From: Cupriavidus necator
GTDB taxonomy: Bacteria; Pseudomonadota; Gammaproteobacteria; Burkholderiales; Burkholderiaceae
Direction of reading: 5' to 3'
Length of the DNA: 32,000 nucleotides
Assembly (NCBI RefSeq): GCF_016127575.1
Contig: NZ_CP066018.1
Span: forward strand, 3,720,001-3,752,000
Numbering within the stretch: the stretch's first letter is position 1; the number at the start of each line of letters is the position of its first letter. Below, in pieces: positions 25,801 through 32,000 of the stretch. A model generated the notes under the pieces. That model was not told the DNA's origin, did not search any database, and saw only the letters and a program-made list of their open reading frames with translations. The translations under genes and the position numbers were made by a program.

Positions 25801-28389
25801 GAACAGCGCCTCGGCGTCACGGCACAGCTGCTCGGCGCGGCCATAGGCGCGCTCGTCGGCCAGCAGTTGCGGCGACAGGCGCGCGAACGGGTGCGCGGCC
25901 AGGCTGTCGACACCGAAGCGCTCGCGCATCGCGCGGTGCACGCGGTGCGCGAGATCGCGCTGACGGTCCCAGGCGGCCAGCGCCGGCAGGCGCTCGCGCA
26001 GCGCAGGCCCTGCCTCGGGCACAGCGGGCAACGCGGCCACGCGGCGCAGCAACGCACGCACGCTGTCGCCGAGTGCCTCGGGCGCGCTGGCCATCGCCGA
26101 CTCGAATGCGTCGATGCGCTGCTGGTATGCGGCCAGCGCCTCGACGACCTGCGTGCGGCGCGCAGCCAGCGCGTCGCCATCGTGCGGCTGCGCGATCCAC
26201 TGCTCGTAGCAGGCACGCAGGTCGGCAATAAAGGCCTTCTTGTCGGTCTGCGAGTCGTGGATCAGGGAGCACAGCGAGTCCAGCCCGCTTTGCTTGAGCC
26301 GGTGGAACACCACGTCGAGCGCGGCGCGCTTCTCGCAGACGAACAGCACGCGTTTGCCGCGGCCCGCGTAGTCGGCGATCAGGTTGGTGATGGTCTGCGA
26401 CTTGCCAGTGCCCGGCGGGCCCTGGATGATGAAGCTGCGCTGGCTGCGCGCGAGGCCGACCGCGGCGTTCTGCGTCGCATCGGCCCCCACCACGTTCCAC
26501 TGCTCGGCCGGTGCGAGCGGCGCGGGCACTTGCGTCTCCACGTCGCGCGGATCGATCGAGAACACGCGGTCGAATGCCGGATTGGCGCCGGGCTCGTCCA
26601 GCAACTGCGCGTAGTCGCGCACCAGCGACATCTTGCGGTAGTTGAAGTTGGCGAGCGTCACCTGCGTCAGGTCCAGGTCCCAGGCATAACGGTGGCCTTC
26701 GGACTCCTCGAGCACGTAGCCCTGGCGCTCGTCGCTTTCCGCGGCGGCGGGGCCGCTCATGTGTGGCTGGCGCGGACCGGCGCCCGGTGCGGCGCCCGCC
26801 TCGAAGCGCTGCGGCAGCTCGCTCGGCCGCACCCAGTGCTCGAACAGCGCGCGTCCCAGCGGCCGGTAGTCGTCCTGCGCATAGCTGTACGGCGGCAGCC
26901 AGCCACCGGTGCGCGCGGCGGCCGGGCCCGGCTTGCGGCGCTGGAACTGCTGCATCCGCTGCAGCGCCTTCTGCCGCACCAGCCGCACCGCGGCCTTGTC
27001 GACCAGGCGCAGCTCCACTGACGGTTCCGAGCGGCGGATCTGCGCGAGGATGCCGGCATGGATCTCCTCGAGCGAGATCTTGCCGAGATCCACCGTCTCG
27101 TCCAGCCGGATGTCGTACAGCTGGCTCAGGTAGTGGCGCAGCACCGGGTTGAACTCGGCCTCGCCGCCCGCGCACTGGATCACGTACTGGTCGCGCACGC
27201 CCTTGCGTTTGACCAGCTCCACCGGCAGCCACAGCAGCGGCGTCACGATGCGCTCGTCCGGCGCCTCCTTCAGGTTGTGCCAGCGCAGGAACGCCACCAC
27301 CAGGCGCAGGTTGCTGAAGCCATACTCGGCGCGGTCGCGGCGGGTCTCGGCGATCAGGCGGTCCAGCGACGCCGGCAGGTAGGGCTGGTCGTCGAAGCGC
27401 AGCCAGCGCTGCAGCGACACCGGCTTGCCCGCCACCAGGTCGGCTGCGAACGGTCCGCCCCAGGTGCAGATATGCTCGGGCCGCACGCTTTCGATCTGCA
27501 GCATCAGCGGCACGCTGGCCACGGTGACGTTGACGCTGACCGCGGTCGGACGGAAATGCAGCAGGCGGTTGCGCCGCGACAGATCGAACAGGCGGTCGCG
27601 CAGGTGCGTGAGCACGGCGGCGCGGCGCGGCGTGGCACCGGTCGTGCCGGCCAGCGCACGCTCGACGTCCAGGCCGAGTGGCTGGTCGCGCCACGTGCGC
27701 AGCCGGGTCGCCAGCGCGGCGACATCGGTGGCGCGGTCGTGGCGGTTGATCTCGGTCATCTCGACGATCACCGCGGCGACGATCGGATGCAAGCGCTCAT
27801 GCAGCAGGAACAGGTTGCGGCGATGCGCCACGAAACTGCGCAGGTCGTCCTCGTCGGCGAAGTCCAGGCCGCAGGCCAGGCTCGCCAGCACCATGCCGAG
27901 CAGGAAGATGTCGCCGATTTCGTCGTGGTGGCCGACGAGCCGTTCCCAGCTGGCCGGGCCGGGCAGGTAGACCGGGCGCGCGACGGGCGCCGTAGCGTCA
28001 AGCTGCAGCGCCAGGTCGGCCTGGTCGCGCTGTCCGTCGTCGGCATGGCCGAGCTGCAGCGCGCCGACGATGTTCAGGCCCGAGGCCGGATGCGGCTGCA
28101 CGCGATGCACCGCGCCGATGTCCATGACGGGCGCCTCGCCATCGGGCCGGCGCAGGCGCAGCGCCCCATCCTCGTCCACCAGGATGCTGTCGCGATCGAG
28201 CGCGGCCACCCTGCCCTGCGCGTGCAGCGTGGCAACCTGCGCGAACAGCGGCAGCACCAGCACCAGGACGTCGTCGGTGGGCAGCGCCGCGCCCGCCTGC
28301 GCCTCGATCAGGGCGCGCAGCATGCGCGGCTCCCCGCTGCCGGTCATATCCGGAATGGTATTGGTGCCGTGGGTCGTGCTGTCAGTCAT
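22867..28389 (-). CDS. 1,840-aa multidomain protein: kinase-like N-domain / DUF4011-like region / Upf1-like SF1 helicase (AAA_11+AAA_12 type) / restriction-endonuclease-like fold / C-terminal WGR domain
   Basis: ATG at 28389 (MTDSTTHG..) follows GGGAGGG and overlaps the upstream stop (ATGA). Motifs:
- LFDLSRRNRLLHFRP (DUF4011-type)
- Walker A IIQGPPGTGKSQT (~26398-26424)
- VVIFDEASQI and VVVGDEMQLPP (~24470-24545)
- WHYRSRHESLISFSN
- NVQGDERDVIILS and GEKRLNVIFSRARHRM
- GRSQFRCDLAI..LAILLD..FGWLVLDIPGKDW
- KFWRASVRGAELSVTYGRIGSTGQTSVKTF..KLRKGY. Confidence 0.9.
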   Translation of the reverse strand: MTDSTTHGTNTIPDMTGSGEPRMLRALIEAQAGAALPTDDVLVLVLPLFAQVATLHAQGRVAALDRDSILVDEDGALRLRRPDGEAPVMDIGAVHRVQPHPASGLNIVGALQLGHADDGQRDQADLALQLDATAPVARPVYLPGPASWERLVGHHDEIGDIFLLGMVLASLACGLDFADEDDLRSFVAHRRNLFLLHERLHPIVAAVIVEMTEINRHDRATDVAALATRLRTWRDQPLGLDVERALAGTTGATPRRAAVLTHLRDRLFDLSRRNRLLHFRPTAVSVNVTVASVPLMLQIESVRPEHICTWGGPFAADLVAGKPVSLQRWLRFDDQPYLPASLDRLIAETRRDRAEYGFSNLRLVVAFLRWHNLKEAPDERIVTPLLWLPVELVKRKGVRDQYVIQCAGGEAEFNPVLRHYLSQLYDIRLDETVDLGKISLEEIHAGILAQIRRSEPSVELRLVDKAAVRLVRQKALQRMQQFQRRKPGPAAARTGGWLPPYSYAQDDYRPLGRALFEHWVRPSELPQRFEAGAAPGAGPRQPHMSGPAAAESDERQGYVLEESEGHRYAWDLDLTQVTLANFNYRKMSLVRDYAQLLDEPGANPAFDRVFSIDPRDVETQVPAPLAPAEQWNVVGADATQNAAVGLARSQRSFIIQGPPGTGKSQTITNLIADYAGRGKRVLFVCEKRAALDVVFHRLKQSGLDSLCSLIHDSQTDKKAFIADLRACYEQWIAQPHDGDALAARRTQVVEALAAYQQRIDAFESAMASAPEALGDSVRALLRRVAALPAVPEAGPALRERLPALAAWDRQRDLAHRVHRAMRERFGVDSLAAHPFARLSPQLLADERAYGRAEQLCRDAEALFDALDPLLDSTASLTGQDTALEQARAIAADSQWLLDTGLAAHLDLLDAASPAQAALREIRAELESRTQALADAQAATSNWQDKLSPGDTESALALARRLEPSFARWLQPAWWRLRGELKRRYDFGKHAVHPGYGKVLEALAAEHAASAALAAADADSRRRYGVGEMRAFLRALGELERRLQSGAGPRELVAHLRQAVDPVAAARAEAGARESLEKLAQRVRDGLALAADARLGDIAELLRDLREALDDLPDLLPLLRAVHAGDPACAAMLQWLDHAPVQLEALVADEALRRLTRENPVLARFGGAALAQAARAVAQGQRELLALNAQVVRATRHRQFAEHVRVSSLSATMLDADGKAFKKQYATGRRELEHEFGKSMRHRSIRDLCDDETGLVINDLKPIWLMSPLSVSDTLPLSPDLFDVVIFDEASQIPTEEAVPALSRARQVVVVGDEMQLPPTSFFTAGGAEGDDEIVVEEEGERIAINLDSDSLLNQAARNLPATLLAWHYRSRHESLISFSNAAFYDGRLVTIPDRLLEQAEDEAPALRSDQEDAGIAGADALLARPVSFHRLADGVYAERRNAQEANYIARTVRELLRRETGLSLGIVAFSEAQQGAIESALEALAAEDADFAMRLEREYVREDDDQFNGLFVKNLENVQGDERDVIILSICYAPGPDGKMLMNFGPINQRGGEKRLNVIFSRARHRMAVVSTIQAEAITNVHNDGAAALRAFLQFAQASARGQFERAQSVLGALNPGARDAFTREATPDSVRDALAEALRARGHQVHANVGRSQFRCDLAIADPSGQGYALAILLDAPSEPVTDTAERYVFRPGVLRGFGWLVLDIPGKDWLDDRDAVLARIEAMLADGEDRALDVEVEMPVPLAKPAAAQDPASTGEARTDAATASAAQAELVRSLRFEQGTSRKFWRASVRGAELSVTYGRIGSTGQTSVKTFDSAERARREADKLVAEKLRKGYIEA

Positions 28390-29591
28390 GCCCGGCCCTC
28401 CCTGGCCAGTTCGCGGTGGAGTTGGCGCTGGTAGCGGTCCAGCTCGCGCTTGCCGAAGCCGGCGTCGCGGCGCAGGTTGCCATGCAGCGCTTCCAGGCTG
28501 CCGAGCGCCTGCGCCACCTGGCCGGCGCGCAGCAGCGCCGCGTCCTGCTGGTCGGGGTCGGCGAGCGCCAGGTCCATCATCAGCGCGTTGAGGTAGCCGC
28601 GCACGCTGTCGTCGGCCACGTCCGGCCCCAACCCCTCGGGGCCGATCGCTGGTTCGTCGTCGCGCCAGTCGGGGAACATCATGCGCACTTGCGCGAGTAC
28701 TGCCTCGCTCGCCAGCGGCGTGCCGGCGAGGAAGTGGGCCAGGAAGCCGCGCGTCAGCGCCTGCAGGCGGATCTGTCCCGGCAGGTCCAGCTTCTCCAGC
28801 GCCAGCGGGCCGTGCAGCCGGGTTTCGATCCATGGATCGAGATCGGCCGCGCCCTCCCACCACAGCGCCAGTGCGCGCGCCCGGATAAAGGTCTCGGGAT
28901 GGCTGTGGGCGGCGCTCGCGCCCGCTTCGTGGGCCTCGATCTCGGCCGCCTGGCGCAGGTAGGCGGCCGCGTCCACGCTGCCGATGCCGGTCTGCACCTT
29001 GACCAGCGTCGACACGGCCGGCGCCACCGCACGGGCGGCCACGGCGCCGCCGCGGTCGGCGAACAGCTCGGTGTGCAGCGCGTAGCGGCGCCAGGTCTCG
29101 CGATGGCTGGCGCTGGCGCCGGGCGCGGCCAGCGCGTCGTTCAGGATGCGGTCGGCCACCAGGAACTGGCCGTCGTCGCGCGACCACAGCAGGTAGTGGG
29201 CCAGTTCGTGGCCGAACACCGCCAGCAGCTCCGGCGGCGACAGCCGATCCAGCAGCGGCCCCTGCAGGATGATGTGGACCTCGCCCGGCACGTAGACCAG
29301 CGACGCGTTCATGTCATGGCCCGGCGACTGGTAAAGCGTCGCGGGGGCGTCGATGCCGAGGCGCGCCATCGCCTCGGCCAGCGCCGCGTGCACGTCGGCA
29401 TGTGCGTCCGCCTCGAGGCGGTAGGTGTCGCGCAGCAGCATCGAGCGCAGTGCCTCGCGGTGATCGGCGCCGGTCGCGCGGGCGCCGGCCCAGCGCCAGA
29501 CCTCGGGCTCATGGCGGCGCAGGTAGTCGACCACCGTTGCGTGATAGGCAAGCGGCACCAGCGCGCCGCGATCCGGGGCGTGAGAGTCCAT
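28386..29591 (-). CDS. M48-like zinc metallopeptidase, predicted cytoplasmic (401 aa)
   Basis: HELAH lies at 29196-29210 (aa 128-132). Downstream are HTELFADRGG (aa ~173-182) and SHPETFIRARAL. Together these are the HExxH / ExxAD / HP..R set seen in HtpX/BepA/Ste24-type M48 peptidases. I see no hydrophobic TM segment or signal peptide. The C-terminal ~170 aa look helical. Confidence 0.8.
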   Translation of the reverse strand: MDSHAPDRGALVPLAYHATVVDYLRRHEPEVWRWAGARATGADHREALRSMLLRDTYRLEADAHADVHAALAEAMARLGIDAPATLYQSPGHDMNASLVYVPGEVHIILQGPLLDRLSPPELLAVFGHELAHYLLWSRDDGQFLVADRILNDALAAPGASASHRETWRRYALHTELFADRGGAVAARAVAPAVSTLVKVQTGIGSVDAAAYLRQAAEIEAHEAGASAAHSHPETFIRARALALWWEGAADLDPWIETRLHGPLALEKLDLPGQIRLQALTRGFLAHFLAGTPLASEAVLAQVRMMFPDWRDDEPAIGPEGLGPDVADDSVRGYLNALMMDLALADPDQQDAALLRAGQVAQALGSLEALHGNLRRDAGFGKRELDRYQRQLHRELAREGRA

Positions 29592-29952
29592 GCGGGACGT
29601 TCCAGGGTTGCGTGGAAGCCGATTCTACAGGGGGAGCATGGCGTTGGCGCCGTCCATCAGCGCGGGCAATGCCCGCACTGGCCTGGCGAGCATGACGTTG
29701 TCGGGAGCAGTTGGAGGCGGGGATGCCGGCGCGAGAAGCGGCTGATGGCTGAAGCTGTTGGTTTGGGTGGGCGGCTGATACGCCGCAAGTTTGTTTCTGC
29801 CCAACATTTACTCCGCCAGCCGGGCGGAATTCGCTGATGACGGGGCTGCGACTCCATTTTTGTCGGTCCGCATCCGGTGGCACAGCTTCTGCGTATAAGC
29901 GAGAGGACGCCCGCCGCGTTCTGCCCTCCTTACCGCAAATCGGAGTACCGCC

Positions 29953-30336
29953 ATGATCCGCCAGCTCGCCAACACGATCTTCGCCACCGCCGCGATTGCA
30001 GTCGCCTGCACTGCCGGCATTGCCCATGCCGCCGCCCGCGACAGCGCTCCTGCCGGCGACAAGTCCGGCTACACCTTCCGCATCGACATGCGCGACGTCT
30101 ATAGCGAAGCTGCGCGGGCCGGCCGCTTCGACGTCTTCATCGACGGTACTCGCGTTGAGGCTTCACCCGTCAACGAGCAGTCCGTTTCCGGCCTCGACCG
30201 CAGTGGCGTGTCGGCCGACCCTGCCCGCAAATTCGACATCTACACCGACGGCGCGCTGGCCGGCATGGACCGCAGCGGGGTATCGGCAGATCCCGCGCGC
30301 AAGTTCGACGTCTATACCGATGGCGCCTTGGCATAA
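29953..30336 (+). CDS. Small secreted protein (127 aa) with DRSGVSADPARKFD[IV]YTDGALA repeats
   Basis: An SD (CGGAG) lies 7 nt upstream. The signal peptide is MIRQLANTIFATAAIAVACTAGIAHA-AA. There are two 22-aa repeats plus a degenerate third (GRFDVFIDGTRV). Hairpins lie downstream. Confidence 0.75.
   Translation: MIRQLANTIFATAAIAVACTAGIAHAAARDSAPAGDKSGYTFRIDMRDVYSEAARAGRFDVFIDGTRVEASPVNEQSVSGLDRSGVSADPARKFDIYTDGALAGMDRSGVSADPARKFDVYTDGALA
30196..30333 (+). repeat. Two 66-nt coding repeats separated by 6 nt (30196-30261 and 30268-30333)
   Basis: A codon-by-codon comparison shows 14 differing codons out of 22. Thirteen are synonymous and one is Ile/Val. Confidence 0.85.
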
Positions 30337-30390
30337 GCCCGTGCATAGCAAGCCTGCCTCAGGCAGGCAGCCATCGTCAAACGCGCTTAC

Positions 30391-30437
30391 GCGCCCTTTG
30401 GAACGTATTTCTCCCGGCTCCGAAGGGCGCTTTTTTT
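30391..30437 (+). terminator. Rho-independent terminator candidate after the small secreted-protein gene
   Basis: GCGCCCTTTGGA (30391-30402) pairs with TCCGAAGGGCGC (30419-30430) with one G-U pair, and is followed by TTTTTTT (30431-30437). A second hairpin, GCCTGCC-TCA-GGCAGGC at 30352-30368, lacks a T-tract. Confidence 0.6.
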
Positions 30438-30453
30438 CTGGCCGGAGCCCGCG

Positions 30454-31563
30454 TCAGCCCAGCTCGGGGTAGTCGACGTAGCCGTGCGCACCGTTGCCGC
30501 CGTACAGCGACGCGTCTTCAAACGGACGGTTCAGCGGCTTGTTTTCGCGGAAGCGGCGCGGCAGGTCGGGGTTGGTGATCATCTTGCGGCCGAACGAGAC
30601 CATGTCGGCACTGCCACGGCGAATCGCCTCTTCGGCCATCTCCTTGGAGTAGCCGTTGTTGACCATCCATACGCCGGTGTACAGGCGGTGCAGCGCTTCA
30701 TAGTCGAACGGGGCGTTGTCGCGCGGGCCGCCGGTGTGGCCTTCCACGACATGGATATACACCGGATGCAGCTTCTCCAGTTCACGCACGACATATTCGA
30801 ACAGTGGCTGTGGGTTGCTCTCCAGCGCGTCGTTGACGGGCGAGACCGGCGCCAGGCGAACGCCGACCCGGTCGGCACCAATCTCCTTAACCACGGCAGC
30901 CATGACTTCGAGCAGGAAGCGCGCGCGGTTTTCGATGCTGCCGCCATACGCGTCGGTGCGATTGTTCGTGCCATCGCGCAGGAAGGCGTCAAGCAGGTAG
31001 CCGTGCGCGCCATGGACTTCGACACCGTCGAAGCCGGCCTGGACGGCATTGGCTGCAGCGGTGCGGAAGTCGTCGACAATACCAGCGATCTCGGCCGTCT
31101 CGAGCGCGCGCGGGACCGAGCATTCGACGTAGCCTTTGCCATTGATATAGGTCTTGGCATTGGCAGCGATGGCCGACGGTGCGACCGGGGCCTGGTTGTC
31201 CGGCTGGAAGTGCGTGTGCGACATGCGGCCGGTGTGCCAGATCTGCAGGAAGATCCTGCCGCCCTTAGCGTGGACCGCATCGGTCACCTTCTTCCAGGCA
31301 GCAATCTGCTCGGGGGTGTAGACGCCCGGCGTATTGGTGTAGCCCTGGGCAGTGGTCGAGACCTGGGTGGCTTCAGCGATGATCAGGCCTACGCTGGCGC
31401 GCTGGCTGTAGTACTCGACCACCATGTCGGTCGGCACCAGGTTGTCGTCGGCCCGGCTGCGCGTGAGCGGCGCCATGGCCATGCGGTTGGCCAGTTCGAG
31501 CTTGCCCAGCTTGATTGGCTGGAACAGCGCGTCGGCGAGGAAGGCTTCGTTCTGTACACCCAT
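30454..31563 (-). CDS. nemA: Old Yellow Enzyme-family NADH:flavin oxidoreductase / alkene reductase (N-ethylmaleimide reductase-like)
   Basis: The 369-aa product is colinear with NemA-type OYEs. Shared blocks include MAPLTRSRA, YYSQRASVGLIIAEATQVS, PEQIAAWKKVTDAVHAKGG, LQIWHTGR, FDGVEVHGAHGYLLDAFL, RTDAYGGSIENRARFLLEV, ANPDLPRRF and GYVDYPEL. GGAG lies upstream. Confidence 0.9.
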   Translation of the reverse strand: MGVQNEAFLADALFQPIKLGKLELANRMAMAPLTRSRADDNLVPTDMVVEYYSQRASVGLIIAEATQVSTTAQGYTNTPGVYTPEQIAAWKKVTDAVHAKGGRIFLQIWHTGRMSHTHFQPDNQAPVAPSAIAANAKTYINGKGYVECSVPRALETAEIAGIVDDFRTAAANAVQAGFDGVEVHGAHGYLLDAFLRDGTNNRTDAYGGSIENRARFLLEVMAAVVKEIGADRVGVRLAPVSPVNDALESNPQPLFEYVVRELEKLHPVYIHVVEGHTGGPRDNAPFDYEALHRLYTGVWMVNNGYSKEMAEEAIRRGSADMVSFGRKMITNPDLPRRFRENKPLNRPFEDASLYGGNGAHGYVDYPELG

Positions 31564-31586
31564 GAATCACTTACTCCGTAGTTGGT

Positions 31587-32000
31587 CTATGGCTTGTTGC
31601 GGCGAGAACCGCCGTTAGCGGCCGGCTGGAACAGGTGGTCAAACATCAGGTCGACGCTGCGGCGCAGCGGCTCGACAGAGCATTCGAGCTTCATGCGCAG
31701 CAAGGCGCCCTCCCAGGCATCCCACGCCAGCCCGGATAGCTCGGCAGCCGCTATGTCGGCACGGATATCGCCGTGCGCCTGGGCCTCGCAGATCATGCTG
31801 GCGAGGCGTTCGCGCCACGCCAGTTGCGCGGATTGCAGGGCGGCCCGGCAGACTTCGCTCGACAAGGCAATCTCCGCCGCGAAGTTACCTATCAGACACC
31901 CAGCCTGCAGCTTCCTCGATTCGTGGTACGCAATCATCCGGGCAAAGACATAGCGGATCGCTGCCATTGGCGCAGACGGCGCCTCATCGATCATCGCCTC
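31587..32000 (-). CDS. TetR/AcrR-family regulator, C-terminal ligand-binding domain (5' end outside window)
   Basis: The frame is open to the window edge. The all-helical sequence (..CLIGNFAAEIALSSEVCRAALQSAQLAWRERLASMICEAQAHGDIRADIAAAELSGLAWDAWEGALLRMKLE..) is typical of a TetR_C domain. Its position directly upstream of the OYE gene mirrors the nemR-nemA arrangement. Confidence 0.7.
   Translation of the reverse strand, partial: EAMIDEAPSAPMAAIRYVFARMIAYHESRKLQAGCLIGNFAAEIALSSEVCRAALQSAQLAWRERLASMICEAQAHGDIRADIAAAELSGLAWDAWEGALLRMKLECSVEPLRRSVDLMFDHLFQPAANGGSRRNKP

Noticed and set aside
24103-27021. A 972-aa plus-strand ORF, and other long ORFs (22805-24295, 25817-27694, 27058-28434, 28416-29837) overlapping the giant gene and the M48 gene
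   Set aside because: These lie antisense or out of frame to genes with clear motifs. Their translations are low-complexity Arg/Ala/Gly/Pro/Gln-rich with no motifs, which is expected where stop codons are rare in very GC-rich coding DNA.
28390-29187. The N-terminal 266 codons of the 2,106-aa ORF in the track (start at 29187)
   Set aside because: This stretch overlaps the M48-like gene in another frame and is almost pure Arg/Gly/Pro/Ala (GC-frame artefact). A well-placed SD and ATG at 28389 begins protein-like sequence and forms an ATGA overlap with the upstream stop.
30484-31581. A 365-aa plus-strand ORF antisense to the OYE (nemA-like) gene
   Set aside because: The OYE motifs on the minus strand are decisive.
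1-32000. CRISPR arrays, tRNA/rRNA genes, retron or group II intron signatures
   Set aside because: Reading both strands, I saw no regularly spaced short repeats, no tRNA T-loop/acceptor patterns, no rRNA-like conserved blocks and no reverse-transcriptase motifs. A tRNAscan/Infernal run would be needed to exclude small RNAs formally.

Overview
The window is GC-rich with betaproteobacterial character. The codon usage and a Bug/TctC-family gene suggest Burkholderiales (Cupriavidus/Ralstonia-like), but this is inferred from the sequence alone. It has four parts.

(1) nt ~660-7950 is a decay zone. It holds relics of four unrelated transposase families (IS110, IS66, TniA/Mu-like, IS256), none intact. 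They are interleaved with broken host genes: a crotonase, an aldehyde dehydrogenase and an MFS transporter. One intact YcaC-like hydrolase gene and one orphan ORF also lie here.

(2) nt 8107-11458 is an apparently perfect head-to-tail duplication of a 1,676-bp unit. It gives two identical ldhA genes and a chimeric GNAT-derived ORF at the novel junction.

(3) nt 11390-22836 is ordinary chromosomal content: a YidE/YbjL-type transporter, photolyase, FMN reductase, Bug protein, VOC protein, membrane protein and a TolA-like protein. It is interrupted by a solitary, catalytically intact 566-aa tyrosine recombinase. A 30-bp loxP-like palindrome lies 28 nt upstream of that gene.

(4) nt 22867-29591 is a translationally coupled (ATGA overlap) two-gene operon, and is my top candidate for an undescribed system. 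The first gene encodes a soluble M48-like zinc peptidase. The second encodes a 1,840-aa protein with these segments in order:
- a protein-kinase-like but apparently catalytically degenerate N-terminal domain
- a DUF4011-like region
- an Upf1-like SF1 helicase with a ~600-aa helical insert
- a restriction-endonuclease-like fold with degenerate motifs
- a C-terminal WGR domain

I do not recognise this architecture or gene pairing as a named system.

Downstream are a small secreted repeat protein whose peptide repeats show strong synonymous divergence, and a nemR/nemA-like pair. I found no rRNA, tRNA or CRISPR array by eye. All domain calls come from motif recognition in the translations; no searches were run.
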